Below, one piece after another: positions 59,969 to 64,000 of a DNA stretch of 64,000 nucleotides. The notes beneath the pieces were generated by a model. It did not search any database, was not told the origin of the DNA, and saw nothing but the letters and a program-made list of their open reading frames with translations. The position numbers were made by a program, and so were the translations under genes. Positions within the stretch are counted from its first letter, which is position 1; each line of letters starts with the position of its first letter. Origin of the DNA: a virus (Duplodnaviria > Heunggongvirae > Uroviricota > Caudoviricetes); IMG/VR virus record IMGVR_UViG_3300042975_000097; one strand, written 5' to 3'.

Positions 59969-60650
59969 TCAACATGTGTTGACGGCAGGCGTGCGATTCC
60001 CGCTCACCGGAACGGGACGAAGCCGTAGAGCACCAGCGTGAGCACGATGATCCACAGGCACGCGCGGCGCAGCATGTAGGCCACGGGGGGAACGCATGGC
60101 CCTCATGAGCATCATCTTCGTGTCATCGCCGATATCGTCGTCGCCGAGAATGGCCGCCAGCGCCCCGTCCTTCGACCATGATATGTACACGATCGGCAGG
60201 AACGTCATGTCGGGAATCAGCAGTGCGGCCGCGGTGACCACGTTCACTATCGCCGGAAGCGTGTACATGTACGAGGCGTTGAGCACGGCGCCGGCGGCGT
60301 TCGTCAGCGATCTGTAGCAGAGGGCGCAGAACGCGGCGATCAGTCCCAGATTGAGGCCGACGGTGATCATTTGATTGGCCCCTCGAACGACGCGGGCGCG
60401 AACGCTCATGTCGACGGTGGACTGGACGTCCGCGCTGATGATGCTCGATCGGGTCTCCATGATCATATGATGGCGAAACGTTCTGACGTTCCCGTTGGCC
60501 GTTTCGTCGGCGACCGCTGACGGCGCCGGTTCGGACTCGTCAGTGGTACCGGCCGCGGGTTCGCCATCATCGATCGGCGTTACCCCTGCGGTCGCTCTCG
60601 TCTCGTCATCATCATCGTTCGTCTCGTCATCGTTCATGTCATCAATGATA
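59969..60650 (-). CDS. hypothetical membrane protein, divergent from the pilin-like gene
   Basis: Start taken at MNDDETNDDDD. TM helices ITVGLNLGLIAAFCAL and VVTAAALLIPDMTFLPIVYI. C-terminus uncertain. Confidence 0.3.
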
Positions 60651-60733
60651 TCACGGCGGGCTGGAAGCCGCGCCGACCCGCAATCGGCCCGATATTCGTT
60701 CGTCGGCATTGTTACCGGCATGGACAGGGGAGC

Positions 60734-62536
60734 ATGATGGCGCGTAGGCATGGCAGTACGTTGACGGAGCTTGTGATGGCGGTCGGCATCATGATGGTGC
60801 TGGCGGCGGTGAGCGTCCCCGTCTTCCTGAACCAGCGGCAGCAGTCATGGCGCATGAGCGTGAAGAACGACGTGGCCGCCGCCTCCGTCGTGGCTAACTC
60901 GTTCATGAGACAGGGTTCGACGGGCACGAGCGGCGGCGTCGCCGGCGCTTCGTATGTGGTCACGACGGCGGATACGCCGGCCGATTGCTCACCGACGGCT
61001 TGCTCCGTGACGTTCGATAACGCGAACGGCGACACGCCGACCGGTAATCTGGATGCGCAGCACATGGTGACCATAGCGAAGGGGAACTCGCTGAAAATAG
61101 AGATCGCCGATCATAAGTACACCGTCACGGGAACCAGTGGGCGCATTTCCGGGTGGTCGTACGCATTCGATTCGACCACCGGGGCGGGTACTTGGAAGCA
61201 GAACAACACGACTAATTTCAAGAAAGCCGGTCCGTCCGACCCGAGCGTTGGCTGCGCGGCGGTGCTGGATGGCACGAAGCTCATCATCGGTAAGGACGGC
61301 ATGACATGTAAGCTGAGTACCGCCATGGTGGATGCGGTCGCCGGCGGAAACCGGGACGCCATCACTGAGATCGATCTCCACGGGCATATCGTGATCGTGG
61401 ACGGTTTTAATCTGTTCTCCAGAATGCCTTCTCTCACTTCGATTCCCTACCTGCCCGGGCAGTCGGTGACGTCCAGCGTTAATGGTGTGGTATACGCGGA
61501 AATGTTCCGGTATGACTACAAGCTTGAGCAAGCAGAATCTATCAGTCATTGGGATACCCGTAACGTCACGGACATGTCGCACATGTTCTGGGATGCGGAA
61601 GCGTTCAACCAGCCCGTGTCGAACTTCGACACGAGCAAGGTCACGGACATGTTATTCATGTTCTGTGGTGCGAGCGCGTTCAACCAGTCCGTGTCGAACT
61701 TTGACACGAGCAAGGTCACGGATATGGGCGGCATGTTCGCTGGTGCGAGCGCGTTCAACCAGCCCGTGTCGAACTTCGACACGAGCAACGTCACGAGCAT
61801 GTATGAAATGTTCCAAGATGCGAGCGCGTTCAACCAGCCCGTGTCGAGCTTCGGCACGAGAAATGTCAAGGACATGAGCAGGATGTTCCAAGATGCGAGC
61901 GCGTTCAACCAGCCCGTGTCGAACTTCGACACGAGCAACGTCACGAACATGGCATGGATGTTCGCTGGTGCGCATGCGTTCAACCAGCCCGTGTCGAACT
62001 TCAACACGAGCAACGTCACGAACATGAACGGCATGTTCAACGGTGCGCGCGCGTTCAACCAGCCCGTATCGAATTTCAACACGAGGAACGTCACGAACAT
62101 GAGGGACATGTTCTCTGATGCGTATGCGTTCAACCAGCCCGTATCGAGCTTCGACACGAGCAACGTCACGAACATGGCATACATGTTCAAAAATGCGTAT
62201 GCGTTTAACCAGCCCGTATCGAACTTCGACACGAGCAACGTCACGAACATGGCATGGATGTTCTCTCGCGCGTATGCGTTCAACCAGTCCGTGTCAAACT
62301 TTGACACGAGCAAGGTCACGGACATGAAATACATGTTCTGGTGTGCGTATGCGTTCAATCAGCCGATATCGAACTTCGACACGAGCAAGGTCACGGACAT
62401 GAGCAGCATGTTCAACGAGGCGCGTGCGTTCGATCAAGACCTGGCCGGTTGGAACGTCGCCAACGTCACCCTTCATGACTATTTCTCCACCGGGTCCGCG
62501 CTGACCGCGGACCATCTTCCGAATTTCAAGTCCTGA
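60734..62536 (+). CDS. prepilin-type N-terminal domain protein fused to ~13 DUF285-type (WDTSxVTxMxxMF..A.AFNQPVSNF) repeats
   Basis: N-terminus MMARRHG|STLTELVMAVGIMMVLAAVSVP (class III signal, Glu at +5). RBS GGGGAG. 25-aa repeats from ~61560. Confidence 0.7.
   Translation: MMARRHGSTLTELVMAVGIMMVLAAVSVPVFLNQRQQSWRMSVKNDVAAASVVANSFMRQGSTGTSGGVAGASYVVTTADTPADCSPTACSVTFDNANGDTPTGNLDAQHMVTIAKGNSLKIEIADHKYTVTGTSGRISGWSYAFDSTTGAGTWKQNNTTNFKKAGPSDPSVGCAAVLDGTKLIIGKDGMTCKLSTAMVDAVAGGNRDAITEIDLHGHIVIVDGFNLFSRMPSLTSIPYLPGQSVTSSVNGVVYAEMFRYDYKLEQAESISHWDTRNVTDMSHMFWDAEAFNQPVSNFDTSKVTDMLFMFCGASAFNQSVSNFDTSKVTDMGGMFAGASAFNQPVSNFDTSNVTSMYEMFQDASAFNQPVSSFGTRNVKDMSRMFQDASAFNQPVSNFDTSNVTNMAWMFAGAHAFNQPVSNFNTSNVTNMNGMFNGARAFNQPVSNFNTRNVTNMRDMFSDAYAFNQPVSSFDTSNVTNMAYMFKNAYAFNQPVSNFDTSNVTNMAWMFSRAYAFNQSVSNFDTSKVTDMKYMFWCAYAFNQPISNFDTSKVTDMSSMFNEARAFDQDLAGWNVANVTLHDYFSTGSALTADHLPNFKS
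61560..62430 (+). repeat. 75-bp in-frame tandem coding repeats (DUF285-like)
   Basis: Repeated ...GCGTTCAACCAGCCCGTGTCGAACTTCGACACGAGCAA(C/G)GTCACG(G/A)ACATG.... Confidence 0.85.
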
Positions 62537-62998
62537 CCGCCGCCAGACCGGCGAGCGCGTCGGCCAACGCCGAAGACGTTGACGATTCGTTAACGTACGC
62601 GAACGATTGCGGCGCCGAGCGCAGGCCAGCGTCCGCGAGCGTCAACGGGGTCGCGAGCGCCGTCGCGTCGGCGAGCAGGTACGCGAACGCCCTCGACCGT
62701 CCCGCGTGGTACGCACTGTACTCGGCGCGCGGCACCATGGAGGCCGCCCCGCATGTCGCCCACACGTCGCCGGCCGCGCCCGATTCGATGCCGGTGACGT
62801 TGGCGACGCCGACGATCGAGGACACGGGCGCGGTCTCATAGATGACGAGCCGCCCCACCGGTCCCGATGGCGCCCGCCGGCGAAGCTCCGCGGTCTTCGC
62901 GCCTGCGAGGATGAGACGCGACCACCTCGGGTGGATGGCGAGGACGACGGTCGCCGACGTATCGTCGTCCATCGTTCCTTGATGCTGGCCATTCATGC
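62526..62998 (-). CDS. ASCH domain protein
   Basis: VVLAIHPRWSRLILAGAKTAELRRR...GRLVIYETAPVSSIVGVANV pattern. RBS GGAGAG before ATG (MNGQHQG...). Confidence 0.4.
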
Positions 62999-63351
62999 CT
63001 TGCTCTCCTCTCCCGGCCGTCGAACCCGGTTGGTTACCCATGCACAGCGCAGCGTGGTTCACCGGATCAGCTGGCGCCGGCGACAACGGTTTGCGCTCGG
63101 CCGCGCGTGCGTTGATTCGATGTTCCTGCTGGTATAATTAACGAGGGACGTGGAATTATTGTCGCGTCCCTACCGGTGCAGAGAACTCCCAACCCGAGTG
63201 CTCGAGACCGGTGGGCTGCCCGTGAGGCACCCCCAGTAAGTTCTAACAGGTCACACAGGGTTACTCTAAGTGAGTCTAGTGAATTGTAGAACTAACAATG
63301 CAGAAGAGAATTTATGAGTGTTCGGCTCTGAATTAAGGAAGGACAATCATC

Positions 63352-63507
63352 ATGTGGTACGTTCAAGAGAACGGGCGGAATGAGTGCAGACCTGAGTATC
63401 GCTCGCGGATCGGCGGCGTCGGCGCTATCCGCGCCGTCATCGATGCCGTGAACGATCGTCTCCGCCGCGCGGCATCGCGGGTGTTGCGCAATAACTTGTG
63501 GTTCTAA
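63352..63507 (+). CDS. small hypothetical protein (51 aa)
   Basis: RBS AAGGAAGG. MWYVQENGRNECRPEYRSRIGG.... Preceded by an AT-rich structured leader at 63150-63340. Confidence 0.3.
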   Translation: MWYVQENGRNECRPEYRSRIGGVGAIRAVIDAVNDRLRRAASRVLRNNLWF

Positions 63508-63517
63508 GGGGGTCGGC

Positions 63518-64000
63518 ATGATCGTCATCATCAGCGGCGGGCAGACCGGAGTCGACCGGGCCGCCCTCGACGCGGCGGCGGAGGTCGGCTACCCCGTCGC
63601 CGGCATGGTCCCCAAGGGCTGGCTGACCGAGGACGCCTCGGAGACGGCCGACGTCATGCGCGCACGGTACCCCTCGCTCATCGAGTCGGAATCACGCTCG
63701 TACCCGCCGAGGACGCGATGGAACGTGGAGCATTCCACGGGCGTCATCATCATCGTCCGCGGCGGCATCGAGCGTCATCGCGGCACCATGCTCACGTACC
63801 GTCTTGCCCGTCGTCTCAATCGCCCGGCCATCGTCATCGACCCCGATGACGGTGATGGCATCGCCCGCGCGCTGACGTTCGTCATGACGCTCGGACGGGC
63901 GCCGCGCGTCATGATCGCCGGGCCGCGCGAGTCCGGCGACCCCGGCGTGTACGAGGCCGCGCGGGGCTGGACGGCTATGCTGCTGAGAAGGCTGCGGTGA
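63518..64000 (+). CDS. SLOG-family putative molybdenum-carrier-like protein
   Basis: IISGGQTGVDRAALDAAAEVGYPVAGMVPKGW motif. Stop at 63998-64000. Confidence 0.55.
   Translation: MIVIISGGQTGVDRAALDAAAEVGYPVAGMVPKGWLTEDASETADVMRARYPSLIESESRSYPPRTRWNVEHSTGVIIIVRGGIERHRGTMLTYRLARRLNRPAIVIDPDDGDGIARALTFVMTLGRAPRVMIAGPRESGDPGVYEAARGWTAMLLRRLR

Noticed and set aside
61560-62430. Highly regular 75-bp tandem repeats that look array-like
   Set aside because: In frame within a long ORF and encoding 25-aa DUF285-type protein repeats. No spacer-like unique segments. Not a CRISPR array.
63150-63340. Possible riboswitch or sRNA in the AT-rich leader before the 51-aa ORF
   Set aside because: Only one clear hairpin (GGGACG...CGTCCC). 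No recognisable riboswitch consensus. Left as an untested leader.
1-64000. Search for tRNA and rRNA genes
   Set aside because: No tRNA-like T-arm/acceptor patterns and no rRNA-like conserved stretches found by eye.

Overview
High-GC (~63-65%) actinobacterial-type accessory/mosaic region, apparently carrying restriction-modification and mobile-element cargo. No rRNA or tRNA genes were found. All calls are from reading the sequence; no HMM or database search was possible.

Main content:
- Type III restriction-modification operon on the minus strand (mod 1845-3719, res 1-1724, res partial at the window edge).
- One complete IS200/IS605 element (tnpA + tnpB, 6677-8525, inserted 3' of TTGAT), plus two related tnpB-only IS605-family elements (35960-37350 and 58230-59840). 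These two share left-end and right-end sequences, and their right ends finish in GTCAA.
- A 2.9-kb Dcm-type cytosine-C5 methyltransferase gene (19444-22353). Its catalytic GGSP|CQSFS motif is split by a canonical intein (CFPAGTLV...VHN|C), and it carries a second, HNH-like insertion between motifs IX and X.
- A four-copy tandem array of ~1-kb paralogous genes (27431-31483). Their stop and start codons overlap in the 11-nt string ATGTTCGGTAG. Copy 3 carries two frameshifts and copy 4 a C-terminal frameshift. The array sits between two large paralogous hypothetical proteins (24650-25897 and 31832-33244).
- A six-unit inverted array of ~175-bp repeats around an AT-rich centre (40444-41582).
- A family of ~140-bp repeats with conserved hairpins (four copies), two of them directly upstream of the two methyltransferase promoters.
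- A three-repeat CRISPR-like mini-array (18028-18180) with no cas genes.
- Several homopolymer-associated gene disruptions: G11 at 18457, C6 at 34436, C5 at 38843.
- A 1.3-kb segmental duplication (39205-40500 and 53893-55200).
- Low-GC islands carrying an orphan beta-class DNA methyltransferase and small proteins.

Other recognisable genes: a cation-diffusion-facilitator transporter, a GatB/YqeY protein, an SPFH/band-7 protein, a secreted NucA/EndA-like nuclease, an Rnl-type RNA ligase, a frameshifted Fic/Doc gene, and a prepilin-like protein fused to DUF285 repeats.

Many open reading frames in the six-frame track are antisense or R/P/G-rich GC artefacts and were not called.
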